From positions 6,708-70,707 of the IMG/VR virus record IMGVR_UViG_3300025646_000030: 64,000 nt of DNA. One strand, given 5' to 3'. The stretch is from a virus. The stretch's first letter is position 1; every line of letters starts with the position of its first letter. Position numbers and translations under genes: made by a program. A model generated the notes under the pieces. The model was given only the letters and a program-made list of their open reading frames with translations. It searched no databases and was not told the DNA's origin. Below, piece after piece: positions 10,423 through 21,301 of this stretch.

Positions 10423-10827
10423 TTACGCCAGTCTAAGTTCTCCGACCAGGCCTACCCGAACGCTGGAACGCCCAGGCGCAACGCTCTCGATGCTGGGTGG
10501 CTCTTCAGAAAAAAACCACTTGATGCCTGCACCTGTCGCAGCGGTCGTCAGCCACGGCGCCAGTTCCTCTGAGGCGCCTGCGAATAGGGCATCGGGCAGC
10601 GTGAGATCAGTCGTGGCGCCCTTAGCTTCGTGATATGCAGCAATGATCAAAGCCGCATCGTCATCGGAGGCGTTGTTGAACTGCAGGGAGAGTTGTGCCT
10701 GTGATGGTCGGCTGCCCCACAATCGGCGGGAGGTGACGCCTGATTGCGCGGTGATGCCGCTTGTTGGCCACCGAGGCGCTGTGAAGCTGCGACTGGTTGG
10801 CTCAAGGTCGGGGAAGGTTACAGCCAT
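10423..10827 (-). CDS. Minor tail protein (distal-tail-like)
   Basis: FP.L.PTSRSF..P...L.L.F.N pattern; coupled to the upstream gene. Confidence 0.65.
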   Translation of the reverse strand: MAVTFPDLEPTSRSFTAPRWPTSGITAQSGVTSRRLWGSRPSQAQLSLQFNNASDDDAALIIAAYHEAKGATTDLTLPDALFAGASEELAPWLTTAATGAGIKWFFSEEPPSIESVAPGRSSVRVGLVGELRLA

Positions 10828-13800
10828 CACTCGATCACCCAGTTGCCAGCAGTATCGAAGCCATCGGCCAGCTCCAGGATGCCCGAAGCGTTGGTTGGCA
10901 TGTGAACTGCCTCAATCGTAAAGGTGCCCTCTTCATCGGGCGTCACGCGCTCGATCTGATAGGTGCGCACCTGCGTGCTGGGCAGCTTCAGGGTGAACAC
11001 CACGCCGGTCGGTGTCGCGGTAGTGCCGCTGCCACCAACGGTCAGCGTTGCATCGGCCGGCGGGGTGCCCTCGGTGCCGTCCCATGCAATCACGGCATAG
11101 GTGCCATCGGTCAGGGGCTTGGTGCTGACCAGGGCGCCGGCGGCGGTGACCACGCCATTGTTGAACTCGTCGTACTGGGTTGCATCCATCGCCACACGGA
11201 TGTAGTCGCTCGGACCGAACTTTGCCAAGGCACCTTCGTGGGTGGTGCGGAAGCTGATCACATGCGTGGGGATGCGGCGCATCCTGATGATGTACTTGGC
11301 TGCGTCGATCGCGTGCTCGCGGCTGGTGCAGTAATCGCTGAGGTCGAGCGACTCGACGGGGGCTCCAGAGTCCACGCCGTCCTCGGCTACCAGGACCTCG
11401 CGCACAGTGGGGAAAATGCCTGGGTTGGTGAGGTCGGTGGACGCGCGCTCCTCGCGGTAGCGAACGGAAACGCGAATCGGATCGCGGTCCTCCGGGTCCA
11501 GGTACTGCAGTTGGAAAGAGCCCTCGACGATATTGCCGGCGGTGAAGAGACCCTTGATCGAGACCGCGGTTGCCTGCAGGGCAGGCCGCAGGAAGAACTT
11601 GCCGTCGCTCTCGCCGAAGATCAGCAGATGTGTGGCCGCGGTGTCGGCGGCCCACTGGCGCAGGTTGACGCGATCGGCCACAACGCCATCAAAGAAGTAG
11701 TTGCGGTCTTGACACCACTGAGCAGCTGTCTGGAAAGATGTCAGATCGATCATCTGATCTGTGACCAGATCTCCGGCTCCGTAAGACATGTTGGTCAGTA
11801 GATCCAGCAGGATGTCGGGGAACAAGTGCGTGGCTCCGGTGCTGAGGCTGTTCAGTAGGCGCCGGCAGGTTTTACCGTCGGTGACATAGGCCGAGAGCTG
11901 GGAGAACTGGCTCCACTCCGCGGAGGAACGGATGTTCATGCCCACCAGGGCGAGGTTGTCGTACTGCGGGACCGGCAGGTTGGGCACGATCTCGTTGACG
12001 TAAACGACCCGGTGCTCCGGTGCGGTCTCAGCGGTGCTTCTGACCTCGGAGTAGACGAACATCTCGGCGAGCTTGCCGAAGTCATCGAGGTGGCTCTCGT
12101 TGTCGGTCGTGGGCAGGCCGTAGTAGGTGCGGAAGGTGCTTGGCTCGTCGCCGTTGGTCTTCTCCTCGTACTGGTAGCTGCCGCTGAGGCCCGGATTAGC
12201 CTTGCCGTAGTTGATCCCGAAGGTGGCGGTGTTGAGCGGGACGGACTCGCCGTTGATCACCACCGTGGTGCCGTTCTCGGGGATGGTCAGGCGGGACTTC
12301 TTGGCATCGAGGACGTAGAGCTGGCCGCCGGCCATGCCGTTGCGCACCTCGAAACCGGTGAGGGGCTCCAGCATGAATTCGCGGTGCCGGATGCTGCCGT
12401 ACTCCAGGCGGATGTAGTTGAACAGCGCCTGGCGGGTTTCGCTGCGCACCCCGTAGGCGTTGCTCAGGGTTGTCCAGTTGCTGCTGCCCGACTCGCGCCA
12501 GCGCAGCTTGAAGAAGCTGTAGCGCTGCGCTGGGCCGTTGACCGTGCTGCTCTGGTAGAAGACGTTGATGATGTCCTCCGCTTCTTCGTTCTCGAAGCAC
12601 CTGCAGTAGGCGTTGTCGGCGTAGTTGTGGGTCTTGGCGTCACGGAAGTTGCACAGGCCGTTGATGCTGATTCCGAGGGTGGAGCTCAGCCCGAGCTCGA
12701 CGGCCTGGCAGGGGCGGTTGGTGGTGATGTGGGCACTGGCGTAGCGCAGGATGTGGCCGCCGGTGGTGGCGACCTCGCGGCGGCCGGCGTCGCCGCCCGT
12801 GTCCTTGAGATAGCTCTCGGTGAAGCCCTTGATCGTGCCGCCGCGCACCACGGTGAAGGTGGCGGTGATGGTGGTGCCGCCGGTGCCCTCGAGGTCGGCC
12901 TGGCTGACGAAGACCTCATTGCTGCGGCTGGTGAGGACCGCCAGGGCGCTGCCGACCTTGTAGAGCTCACCGACCACCAGGTTGTCGTCCCAGTTGTGCT
13001 GCTGGCTGGCGACCGCGCTGGCAACGTCCTTGCACTCAGCCTCGCCGTCTGCGGGCTCGGTGTAGACGTTGAACTGGGTGGCCCAGTCGCTCTCGTGGAA
13101 CAGGCGGTAGGTGATGGTCTGGCCCACCGAGACGTTGGCGGTGCCGTTGCCGATGATCCCGCTGAAGGTGCTGAAGTGCGCGCGGAACTTGTCGCGCTCA
13201 TTCATCTGCTGGCTATCGACCGGGCACTGGACGTTCACTTTGTCGTCGGCCTTGGGTTTCAACCGAGAGCGCACACCCGGGCGGATCACCGGGTTGACCT
13301 TGAACATCAAGTCATTCCCGATCGGGGCATAGACCCCGAAAGTGGCCTGCGACGTCGGATTGTGGCTGGAGCAAAAGTCAGGTTTGGGCCCACCCTGCCA
13401 GTAGACCTGGAACACGTCGGCGCTGGAGGAGCTCCCGTCGTCGTTGGCATTGCTGCGGCCCAGGATGCGGTCGGCGCCGGTGATGCGGCCGCCGCCGGGG
13501 CGGAAGTAAATCGTGGTGCGGCCGGCCTGCTGGGTGGCGGCGTTGTCCTCGAACAGGTAGCCGCGGAGCGTGTTGGAGCCGATCGCGAAGTTGTTCGGAT
13601 CGATCGAGGCGATCGGGCCCTCGCCCAGCAGGAAGACACCGCGCAGCATCTGCCCGCCTCCCAGCGACAGGATCTGGTTCCACAGCATGGGGGTGTTGAC
13701 CCGCACGCCGCCGTAGGTGACGCCGCCGATGGTTTCGCGCAGGGCATAGACGATCGGGATCACCGAGCCCAGGGTGGAGATGTCCTGGTTGGAGTCGAAG

Positions 13801-14126
13801 CCGTAGCGGGGCGCGAAGCGCTCGTTCTCAGTGCGAGCCTGATCAAGCTCGTTGCGGCTCTTGGGCTGGCCCGGTGCCTTGGGTTTATCGAGCTTGGGCT
13901 TGAAGAAGCTGGCGGCGATGGTCAGACCGACCGACAAAGTCGTCAGCACCAGGGAGATGATCGACAGCGTGACGGGGTCAATGCCGGCCACCACAGACGG
14001 CTGTGGACCCTCGGCGGCGCGGCGGCGGACCTCCGCCTTGTAGCGCGCAAAGTCCTCATCGCTGATCCCCAGTAACGAAGCCAGGTAGCGATCGGCGGGC
14101 AGAATCGGTGGCAGGTTGGGATCCAT
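10827..14126 (-). CDS. Tail tip/host-specificity protein (gpI/gpJ-like)
   Basis: 1099 aa; IPIVY, LGEGPI, DLLTN..YGAG, ID..SF..AA.WC motifs. Confidence 0.8.
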   Translation of the reverse strand: MDPNLPPILPADRYLASLLGISDEDFARYKAEVRRRAAEGPQPSVVAGIDPVTLSIISLVLTTLSVGLTIAASFFKPKLDKPKAPGQPKSRNELDQARTENERFAPRYGFDSNQDISTLGSVIPIVYALRETIGGVTYGGVRVNTPMLWNQILSLGGGQMLRGVFLLGEGPIASIDPNNFAIGSNTLRGYLFEDNAATQQAGRTTIYFRPGGGRITGADRILGRSNANDDGSSSSADVFQVYWQGGPKPDFCSSHNPTSQATFGVYAPIGNDLMFKVNPVIRPGVRSRLKPKADDKVNVQCPVDSQQMNERDKFRAHFSTFSGIIGNGTANVSVGQTITYRLFHESDWATQFNVYTEPADGEAECKDVASAVASQQHNWDDNLVVGELYKVGSALAVLTSRSNEVFVSQADLEGTGGTTITATFTVVRGGTIKGFTESYLKDTGGDAGRREVATTGGHILRYASAHITTNRPCQAVELGLSSTLGISINGLCNFRDAKTHNYADNAYCRCFENEEAEDIINVFYQSSTVNGPAQRYSFFKLRWRESGSSNWTTLSNAYGVRSETRQALFNYIRLEYGSIRHREFMLEPLTGFEVRNGMAGGQLYVLDAKKSRLTIPENGTTVVINGESVPLNTATFGINYGKANPGLSGSYQYEEKTNGDEPSTFRTYYGLPTTDNESHLDDFGKLAEMFVYSEVRSTAETAPEHRVVYVNEIVPNLPVPQYDNLALVGMNIRSSAEWSQFSQLSAYVTDGKTCRRLLNSLSTGATHLFPDILLDLLTNMSYGAGDLVTDQMIDLTSFQTAAQWCQDRNYFFDGVVADRVNLRQWAADTAATHLLIFGESDGKFFLRPALQATAVSIKGLFTAGNIVEGSFQLQYLDPEDRDPIRVSVRYREERASTDLTNPGIFPTVREVLVAEDGVDSGAPVESLDLSDYCTSREHAIDAAKYIIRMRRIPTHVISFRTTHEGALAKFGPSDYIRVAMDATQYDEFNNGVVTAAGALVSTKPLTDGTYAVIAWDGTEGTPPADATLTVGGSGTTATPTGVVFTLKLPSTQVRTYQIERVTPDEEGTFTIEAVHMPTNASGILELADGFDTAGNWVIE

Positions 14127-14503
14127 CAGCGGAACGTGCAGAAGGTGAGCCGGCGGAGCGCAGTCAGGGGGACCCAGGCCACGCCACGGCGGTGGTGAAC
14201 CAAGAGCAGGCCGTTATCCACCACAACGCCGACACCGAGGCCGGCGGGGCCGTTGTGGAACAGGCAGATCGCGTGCTGCTCAGGCCCGGGCAGCGGCCGG
14301 GTGGCGGCATCCCACAGCTGCTGCAGCTGCAGCCACTCGCCGGCCTCGGCCAGAGCCAGCCAGCGCAGGTCGAAGGGTGGGTGTGAGACACCAGCGTCAT
14401 CGAGCACGGCCCAGACCATCACCAAGCAGTCGCAGCCCTGGCCATCCTCGGGATTGGCCCCGAACACGTGAGGAAGGCCGATCCAGCGGTGCCAGCACGC
14501 CAT
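14126..14503 (-). CDS. NlpC/P60-like tail assembly protein (gpK-like)
   Basis: WIGLPH.FG....GCDCL motif. Confidence 0.75.
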   Translation of the reverse strand: MACWHRWIGLPHVFGANPEDGQGCDCLVMVWAVLDDAGVSHPPFDLRWLALAEAGEWLQLQQLWDAATRPLPGPEQHAICLFHNGPAGLGVGVVVDNGLLLVHHRRGVAWVPLTALRRLTFCTFR

Positions 14504-14982
14504 CAGCTCACCACCAGCGTCGCCGAACTCGGAAGTGCGCCGACGAGCTTGGTGCTCAGGTAGCGGCGGGGCACCTGGCTACGTACGGCGTCAAGGGGCG
14601 AGGTGAGCGTGAGCAGAATCTTTTCGGTGTCCATCTCGTAGCGCGCCACACGCCAGACTTCGCTGCGGATCAGGGTCACGTCGGCGAAGGTCTCGGGATC
14701 CAGCGAGACAGTCTTGAGCTCGAGTAGCCACCGACTGGTGACAGCCTCGGTGAAGATGTTCACCGTCAGGGCATCGAGGCCGGCACCCAAGGTGGTCTCC
14801 GAGCGGTCGCCGCCCTTGGCGCCGGCGCCGGATGACACGGCGAACGGGGCGAACTGGTATGTCACCCCGCCGTAGATCCGAGGCTGATTCACTGAGAAGT
14901 TCTGGTAGGCGTACACCGGTGAGGTGGCCGTGCCGTCCTTCTGCAGGAAGCGGGCGTAGTTGACGAAGGCGAAGGTGCTCAT
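14503..14982 (-). CDS. Minor tail protein (gpL-like)
   Basis: Y.F.PF and L.SPLDAV..QVPRR motifs; follows the tape measure gene. Confidence 0.7.
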   Translation of the reverse strand: MSTFAFVNYARFLQKDGTATSPVYAYQNFSVNQPRIYGGVTYQFAPFAVSSGAGAKGGDRSETTLGAGLDALTVNIFTEAVTSRWLLELKTVSLDPETFADVTLIRSEVWRVARYEMDTEKILLTLTSPLDAVRSQVPRRYLSTKLVGALPSSATLVVS

Positions 14983-15030
14983 CAGGCCAGGGAAAGCGAT
15001 GTAACATTAGAAAAGTCAAACATCACTTAG

Positions 15031-15645
15031 ATGCCCCAGTCTTACGAAGGGTCTCGCTATGGTTCTATCGTAATCATGCACAAAGAACCAGGCAAGTATT
15101 ACTGGCACTATAGATGTGATTGCGGAGTGGTCGGGCGGGTCTATTCTGGGCAGATTGGCAAGCTAAAGAGATGCAAAAAGTGCTACCTAAAAAACATTGG
15201 CAATAGCAGAAGAACCCACGGAAAGTGCAAAACACGTATTTATCGAATTTGGCAGAACATGAAAAAGCGCTGTTTGGCTAAAGAGCACTCAGACTATGCC
15301 TACTACGGGGGTAGAGGTATTACTGTGTGCGATAAATGGATGCGCTTTGAAGGATTTTACGCAGATGTTGGTGAGCCCCCATCAAGTAGGCATCAATTAG
15401 ACCGAGTAGATAATGACGGCAACTACGAGCCGTGCAATGTGAGATGGGTTTCACGTAGTCAGAACTGTAGAAACCGTAGATCCAACAGGCTTATAGAGTG
15501 GAACGGCGAAGTAAAAACAGTTGCCGAATGGAGTGAAGTCTTGGGCATTAGTCAGGGGGCTTTGCGCCAACGTCTTCATAGGGGATGGTCTATACAGCGA
15601 GCTTTTACGAAAGGTGTTAAATCCCAACCTGCTTACGAGTCTTAA
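15031..15645 (+). CDS. HNH homing-endonuclease-like protein
   Basis: CDCG, YYGGRGITVC..W..F..F, LDRVDNDGNYEPCNVRW...N.RNRR motifs; antisense to the tail operon; AT-rich. Confidence 0.85.
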   Translation: MPQSYEGSRYGSIVIMHKEPGKYYWHYRCDCGVVGRVYSGQIGKLKRCKKCYLKNIGNSRRTHGKCKTRIYRIWQNMKKRCLAKEHSDYAYYGGRGITVCDKWMRFEGFYADVGEPPSSRHQLDRVDNDGNYEPCNVRWVSRSQNCRNRRSNRLIEWNGEVKTVAEWSEVLGISQGALRQRLHRGWSIQRAFTKGVKSQPAYES

Positions 15646-18600
15646 CGCTGTTTTGAAGAGCACTTAGAGCCAAAGCCCTTCCACGCTCTGCTGCTTCAGC
15701 CATTCCTTTGCGGTGCTGTTCGGCACTTACGTACTCGACACCGTTGATCACCTGCGACTCGAAGCGCACATCGAGGGGCTTCGGATTGTTGATTGCAGCG
15801 ACGGTTTCGCGCTCGGAGCGTTCTGCCACCAGGCGCTCGGTCGACTTGGTGAAGGGGATCGCCGTGTTGTTGATCGTGGAGAAGGCGTTCGAGACCGAGG
15901 AGCCGCCCTGTTGGAAGGGCACGGTCATGCCGGAGCTGCCGGCCTCGGTGCTGATTCCGCTTCCGCCGGTGAAGGCGATTTTGTCGTTGGGGATGACGGT
16001 GCCGCTGGCGCCCGGGATGATCAGCTCGGGGCCGAGTTCACCCACGACGTAGGGGCGGTTGGCGCTGACCGGGCCGCCAGCGGCGCGTTTCCCGAGGGCG
16101 GCGAAGCCACCGACGATGCTGCCGAGGCCGCCGAGGATGCCGGCGATGCTCATCAAGGTGCCGTAGGTGCCGCTCTCGGCGTCCTGCATGGCTTGGATGG
16201 CACCGGTGATGGCCAGGGCGCCGGTGGCAACGCCGGTCATGGCGCCGAGGAACTTGCCGAAGCCTTGCTTGCCGGTGTCGGCGGCATCCTCGGTCTGCTT
16301 TCCGGTGGTTTCGGCTACGGTGCCTAGATGAGTCAGCGACTCTCCAATCCCCTTGAAGGACTGCTCAAGGGAGGCTTCAAGGGAAGCCTGACCTTCTGTG
16401 GCGAGCAGCTGCTCAAGGGACAAAGTGCTGATCGGTGCAGGGGCTACGACAGGTAGGGAGCGAGGCGCTGGGTTATCGCCAACACGATCGCCGATGCGGA
16501 TGCCGTAAGGGATGCCTGAGGTATTGGCACCGAGGTCGGGACCACCGATGCCTGCACTAAGACTAGAGCTGAAGTTGTTGACTGCTGCGTCAAAGTTTGT
16601 GACTGCAGTATCGAACTTGATTCCTGTGTTTGCAAATTCCCGATTGACCCTGTCTTGGGCGGATTCCACTCCGAAGAGCTTGCGCATGCGCTCGAACACT
16701 TGCTCTTGCATTGGTGCCATTGCGATGTCAAGGAATTGCTGCAAGAATCCTTGGCTTATTGTTTGTGTGAAGTTGCTCATTGCTTCACGGAAATCAGTGG
16801 TACCACTGAACAAGCTCTCCAGCAAACCCCGGCTAGCAGTTGCGTAAGCTTCAGTGGCAGCGACCGCCATGCCCAGTCTTTGCTCGAAATTCTCCATTGC
16901 TCGGTTCAATGGATCGAGCTGCTCATTAGTGCGACGATAGCTTTCAGCTAACTGCGCGGCTTTTTCTTGCAGCTCGGGAACTAAGTTCGGATTAGCTAGA
17001 CGCTGCTCAGGCGTGAGTCGATTAAGTTGCGAGGCCAGATACCCTTGCGCTGCCAAATCGGAACGCCGGTTTGCGTTCTCAAGGGAGTAACCAGGCCGGA
17101 TCAGGGCCTGCTGAGCCTGGTTGAAACGCTCGAGCAGACCCTGAATCCCGGGCCGGATATCGGTAGCTTGCTGAATGAGCTTCGTAAAGTCATTCTTCAG
17201 CGTCTCAAGAAGAAGCTGAGATTGGCGCTGAGTTAGGTCAGCAGCATTACGTAGAGCTCCGATGATGCCGGTGTTTTTGGCTGGATCACCGAGGATCGAC
17301 TTAATTGCTTTGGCAAGAATCGAGCCATTAAGCAGCCGATCAATCTCTTTTCGAGCACTTTGTAGGTCAATCGTGCCAACTGCCGCACCTTTTAGGATGT
17401 CAGCTATGCCCTGCTTGTTAGACGCAATGACATCGGGTGATACACCTTTAAGTAGCGAGCTTTTCGCTAGTTGGTCGTACACCTGGGTCAGGAAGACATC
17501 AACCGCTGTCTTGATAGGAATCAGGCTTTGCAGCGCTGAAGGATCTGTTAAACCTTGAGCAATGGACTTACTAAGCGCTTCTGTGTCGTTCTGCAGCTGC
17601 AGGATTTCTTTGTCGAGACGGCCGACCTCGGAGGCAGCGACTCCCCAGTTCGCGGGATCGCCTAAGCGCTCGAGGAACTGAGCAAGGTTCTGGTTGTCAC
17701 GAATCGCGCTTGTTCGTTCAACGAGCTCTCGCGCCATGGCGAAGTTGCTCTCCAGGCTGGCGCGCATGCGCGCTGTATTTCCACCGATGTCAACAAAGGA
17801 ACTGAGCTCCTCCATCTTCGGAGGTGCTACAGGCGCGGTTCGCTTGAATCGCCCGGTGCCGAGCTCTTGTGCAGCCAGTTGGAGAGCGAAACTGCCTCCT
17901 TGGGACTGGCCCATGAAAGCCTTTGCTCTCAGATTCAGCGCGTTCTCAAATTCACCTGCAGGCATTGTGAAGGCGCCCGCGTAGTTCTCTTTTAGAGCAG
18001 CGATTACCTGTTGCGCAGGTGTAGCACTGCTCAGACCGAGGTTCCGTCCAGCTCCTGTCTTAAGAAGGGCAAGAGCACGCTCGGCGCTGACTCCTTGCTG
18101 CGCTGCTGCGTTGAGGAAATTCCTGCGATCCTCGTCGGTTACAACAAAGTCCTCGCCCTGGATGGCGGCGGCCTGAAGGGCGTAGCGCAGGGCTTCTTTT
18201 GAAGCACGGATACGCTGTGCTGCTTCGTAATCGACGATCTTCTTATTCATCTGCCCCATCTTTTCACGGAGCTTCAGAGTCTGCTCTTCTAAGCGATACT
18301 TATAGTCACTGAGCTGCTTTTCGATCTCGTTGCGCTTGAGTACTAGATCTGTTTGCTGACGTTGACTTTCGACCTGGGCATCGAATAGAGCTGTCTCGTA
18401 CTCGTCGAAGATCTGCTTGAGGTTGGCGCCAACATCACTGAGACCTCGATTTTCGATCCTCTGACGCTCTTCGAGCTGAGCGCGCTGCTCTTGAGCCATG
18501 GCATCGCGCATCTGCTGCTCGAGTTGCAGAGCTTTCTGCCTCTCACCCCACTCGAAGTCGGTAATTTCTTTGGTGAGTTGTTTGCGGATATCTTTCAGTT

Positions 18601-21271
18601 CTTTCTCAAGTGCGCGACGTTCTTTGGCTAGGATTTGAACTTCGTCTTTCGCCTTATCGTTTGCATTGAGCTGCTCTTGGAAGCGCGCAAGCCGATTTAA
18701 CTCTTCCCTTGTCTTCGCGATTTGTTCTCTGCGAGTACGCAGTAAAGCTTCTATGAATGTTTCTTGTCTGCCACTCTCCAGCATCTGTGGCGTTATATCC
18801 ATATTCTTCATTAAGTTCATTGATGCAGCGATTGCCCGCAGCGCGCCTTGCCAGCCTTGAGCCTGTTTAATGTCAAAAGCTGCATTGATAGCGCTATCAA
18901 GTTCGCCTATCTTTTTGGTGAGTTGATCAACTCTGCTATTTAATATCTGCTGTTCAAAAGCCTTGGCGGCTTTTGTGGCTGCTGTTGCATTCTCTCCGAC
19001 CTCGGCGTAAACCGTGCTCAGGCGCTTAACCGCTAGTTCAGCGCGGGTTTGATCCGCGATTTCTTGCTGAGCTCGTTGGAATCTCTGGAAGAGGTCAAAA
19101 GCAACTGTAATAGCTACTTGAAGAGCTACTAGCTGCAACGAGAAGCTTACAAAGCTTTTGATCATATCTTTAATCTTTGCTCCTACAGTTGCTCCCGCTT
19201 GTCCAAGGTTGTCTCTCACGCTTGTATTGAAATCTGCGATGCTTTGACGTACCTGTTGCGTTTTAAGCTGCAGCTTGTCAAGAGCATCAGCAGTTTTCAG
19301 GCCAAATTCAGCGACGCGGAGCTGTGCCTTCTGGAAAGCGGCATCTACGCCAAGCAATGCTTGACCGATCTGGCTGATGAAAACAGCGACCTGGCCGAAC
19401 TTTGGCCCTGCTTGCTGCACGAGCTCGGCGACTTGGATGAGGAAAACACCCAGCTGCACTACCGCTGCACGTAAACCAACGATCAGCGCGGTTATACCTG
19501 TAGTGACAGCTATAACAAGAGTTCTCCCTAAATTCGCGACTAGAGTCGATACACTAGCGATGGCAGTTGAAAAGCCAGTTAAGATAATGTCAATTACGCC
19601 CGCCAGCTGTACTTTGAGCCAGTTAAAGCCCTGACCCAACTTTTGCACTGTGTCAAAAACGCTTGGGATTACGTTGCGCAGAACAAACAGTGTCTTCGCG
19701 AGAGGAAGAACACCCACGCGATTAAGAACATCAAACTGTGCACCAAGCTGATTCAAGTACTGTGCTATCGGGTTCTTTAGGATTTCGCCGTAGATATTGA
19801 GGAGAGTGGTAAACGCTGGTATGACAGTCTTGTTTAATACTTCACCGATACCTATCAATGCACTTAGGTAAATCTTGAACTGTGCAAACTTAAACGCAGC
19901 AAAGCCCTTGGCGAGATTTGCCAATCCACTTGCGATTTGCGCAACGGCTTTGACCGCTTGGTCCGCAAGCATGGCGATCTGAGGTCGGAGCCGGTCGACC
20001 GCGCTCTGGATCTGCAAGAACATCTGGATGGCGACCTGCTCGCCCTGCTGACCCATCCCGATCTGACGCCGCTGGTTGAAGCCAGCCAGCGTGGGCGCAG
20101 CAGCGGCAGCTCCCACAACGCCCCGCGCGACAGCGCCAAATGCTTTACCGAGAGCGTCTGCAATGCCAAAAGAACTCTTGAATATCAGTTGCAGTCGCTC
20201 ATACAAGATGGTTAAGCCATCCAGAAGAGGATCAAGCAGTCCTTTACCGAATGCACGCTTGAGCTCGTCCTGGAATTCAACGATGTTGCTCGTAATGCCA
20301 GCGAAGCCCTTTGCGGCCATCGCCTGGCCCGCCGTGAAGGCAGCCAAACGACGCTGGAGGAAGGCCACCAGACCCTCAGCTGAGTTCTTGGCCTTGGTCA
20401 CCTCCTCATTGGTGAGGCCTAGCGAGCGGGCCAGAATCGAGTTCTGGTCAATCGTCCCTGTGAGGATCGATCGGATCTCTTGGGTGGCGTACATCGGGTC
20501 AGACAACCCGAGCGTCCCGAGAGCGGCACTGAAAGTGATTGCGAGGTCTTCCGCATCTTTGAGGCCGCCCCCGATGTTGCCAATCTGCGAAGCAACGACA
20601 CCGAAGACTTGAACGATCGCTTCAGAAGTCGTACCTGCGATCTCGAGGGAGCGCTGTCTGATGCTGTCGATCGTGTCGTTAATTGGCTTGTTGAGCTTTA
20701 AGATCGCTTCGTAGGGCTCCGTGATGCGCTTGCCATTAACGGCAACATCTGCGGTTGATACAAGGGTGGTCTTGGTACGAAGCAGTGCTTCTTGTAACTG
20801 GATCTCCCTACCGATGGTGTCGGTAAAGAATGCGCCGAATGCACTTTTTAGAATGTTTACGGACTGTGTTACGCCAAATACGGTATAGCCTAGATTCGCA
20901 GTGGCTTTTGCGAGGTTGTCGACGCCGCTGACAGAAGCACTGATCGATGTGCCTAGTAGATTGCCGGGAGTAGCACCCGCAATCAACTTGTAAGCTTTGA
21001 CAACCTTTTCGCCTGTTTTAGAAGCAATATCTCCTAGGTCTTCAATGTCCTGAATTCGCCCGCCAATGACGGGCATCTGACGAGCGATTTTGTAGGTAGT
21101 ATTAAGGGCTGTACCTAATTGCTTAACGCCAGCGATAGTTTCATTGATACTAGGTATGCTTATATTGATCTTTCTGTCTTGGCTTACACTGCTAAGACGT
21201 CTATCTAGTTTATTGACCTTGTCGTCCGCTTCTTTAGTTTCAGCAACAATGCGGATCGTATAGTCGGCCAC
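15617..21271 (-). CDS. Tail tape measure protein (1884 aa)
   Basis: Long Ala/Gln-rich helical ORF after the chaperones; RAAGGPV..RPY.VGE.GPEL C-terminal motif. Confidence 0.9.
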   Translation of the reverse strand: MADYTIRIVAETKEADDKVNKLDRRLSSVSQDRKINISIPSINETIAGVKQLGTALNTTYKIARQMPVIGGRIQDIEDLGDIASKTGEKVVKAYKLIAGATPGNLLGTSISASVSGVDNLAKATANLGYTVFGVTQSVNILKSAFGAFFTDTIGREIQLQEALLRTKTTLVSTADVAVNGKRITEPYEAILKLNKPINDTIDSIRQRSLEIAGTTSEAIVQVFGVVASQIGNIGGGLKDAEDLAITFSAALGTLGLSDPMYATQEIRSILTGTIDQNSILARSLGLTNEEVTKAKNSAEGLVAFLQRRLAAFTAGQAMAAKGFAGITSNIVEFQDELKRAFGKGLLDPLLDGLTILYERLQLIFKSSFGIADALGKAFGAVARGVVGAAAAAPTLAGFNQRRQIGMGQQGEQVAIQMFLQIQSAVDRLRPQIAMLADQAVKAVAQIASGLANLAKGFAAFKFAQFKIYLSALIGIGEVLNKTVIPAFTTLLNIYGEILKNPIAQYLNQLGAQFDVLNRVGVLPLAKTLFVLRNVIPSVFDTVQKLGQGFNWLKVQLAGVIDIILTGFSTAIASVSTLVANLGRTLVIAVTTGITALIVGLRAAVVQLGVFLIQVAELVQQAGPKFGQVAVFISQIGQALLGVDAAFQKAQLRVAEFGLKTADALDKLQLKTQQVRQSIADFNTSVRDNLGQAGATVGAKIKDMIKSFVSFSLQLVALQVAITVAFDLFQRFQRAQQEIADQTRAELAVKRLSTVYAEVGENATAATKAAKAFEQQILNSRVDQLTKKIGELDSAINAAFDIKQAQGWQGALRAIAASMNLMKNMDITPQMLESGRQETFIEALLRTRREQIAKTREELNRLARFQEQLNANDKAKDEVQILAKERRALEKELKDIRKQLTKEITDFEWGERQKALQLEQQMRDAMAQEQRAQLEERQRIENRGLSDVGANLKQIFDEYETALFDAQVESQRQQTDLVLKRNEIEKQLSDYKYRLEEQTLKLREKMGQMNKKIVDYEAAQRIRASKEALRYALQAAAIQGEDFVVTDEDRRNFLNAAAQQGVSAERALALLKTGAGRNLGLSSATPAQQVIAALKENYAGAFTMPAGEFENALNLRAKAFMGQSQGGSFALQLAAQELGTGRFKRTAPVAPPKMEELSSFVDIGGNTARMRASLESNFAMARELVERTSAIRDNQNLAQFLERLGDPANWGVAASEVGRLDKEILQLQNDTEALSKSIAQGLTDPSALQSLIPIKTAVDVFLTQVYDQLAKSSLLKGVSPDVIASNKQGIADILKGAAVGTIDLQSARKEIDRLLNGSILAKAIKSILGDPAKNTGIIGALRNAADLTQRQSQLLLETLKNDFTKLIQQATDIRPGIQGLLERFNQAQQALIRPGYSLENANRRSDLAAQGYLASQLNRLTPEQRLANPNLVPELQEKAAQLAESYRRTNEQLDPLNRAMENFEQRLGMAVAATEAYATASRGLLESLFSGTTDFREAMSNFTQTISQGFLQQFLDIAMAPMQEQVFERMRKLFGVESAQDRVNREFANTGIKFDTAVTNFDAAVNNFSSSLSAGIGGPDLGANTSGIPYGIRIGDRVGDNPAPRSLPVVAPAPISTLSLEQLLATEGQASLEASLEQSFKGIGESLTHLGTVAETTGKQTEDAADTGKQGFGKFLGAMTGVATGALAITGAIQAMQDAESGTYGTLMSIAGILGGLGSIVGGFAALGKRAAGGPVSANRPYVVGELGPELIIPGASGTVIPNDKIAFTGGSGISTEAGSSGMTVPFQQGGSSVSNAFSTINNTAIPFTKSTERLVAERSERETVAAINNPKPLDVRFESQVINGVEYVSAEQHRKGMAEAAERGRALALSALQNSVKTRKQVGI

Positions 21272-21301
21272 CTTGCCCTGCGCTCATGCGGTATCCGTAT
21301 G

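Noticed and set aside
12012-14075. Long plus-strand ORFs (e.g. 12012-14075, 22804-24300, 26996-28171, 62627-63538)
   Set aside because: Antisense shadows of GC-rich minus-strand genes with no recognisable motifs
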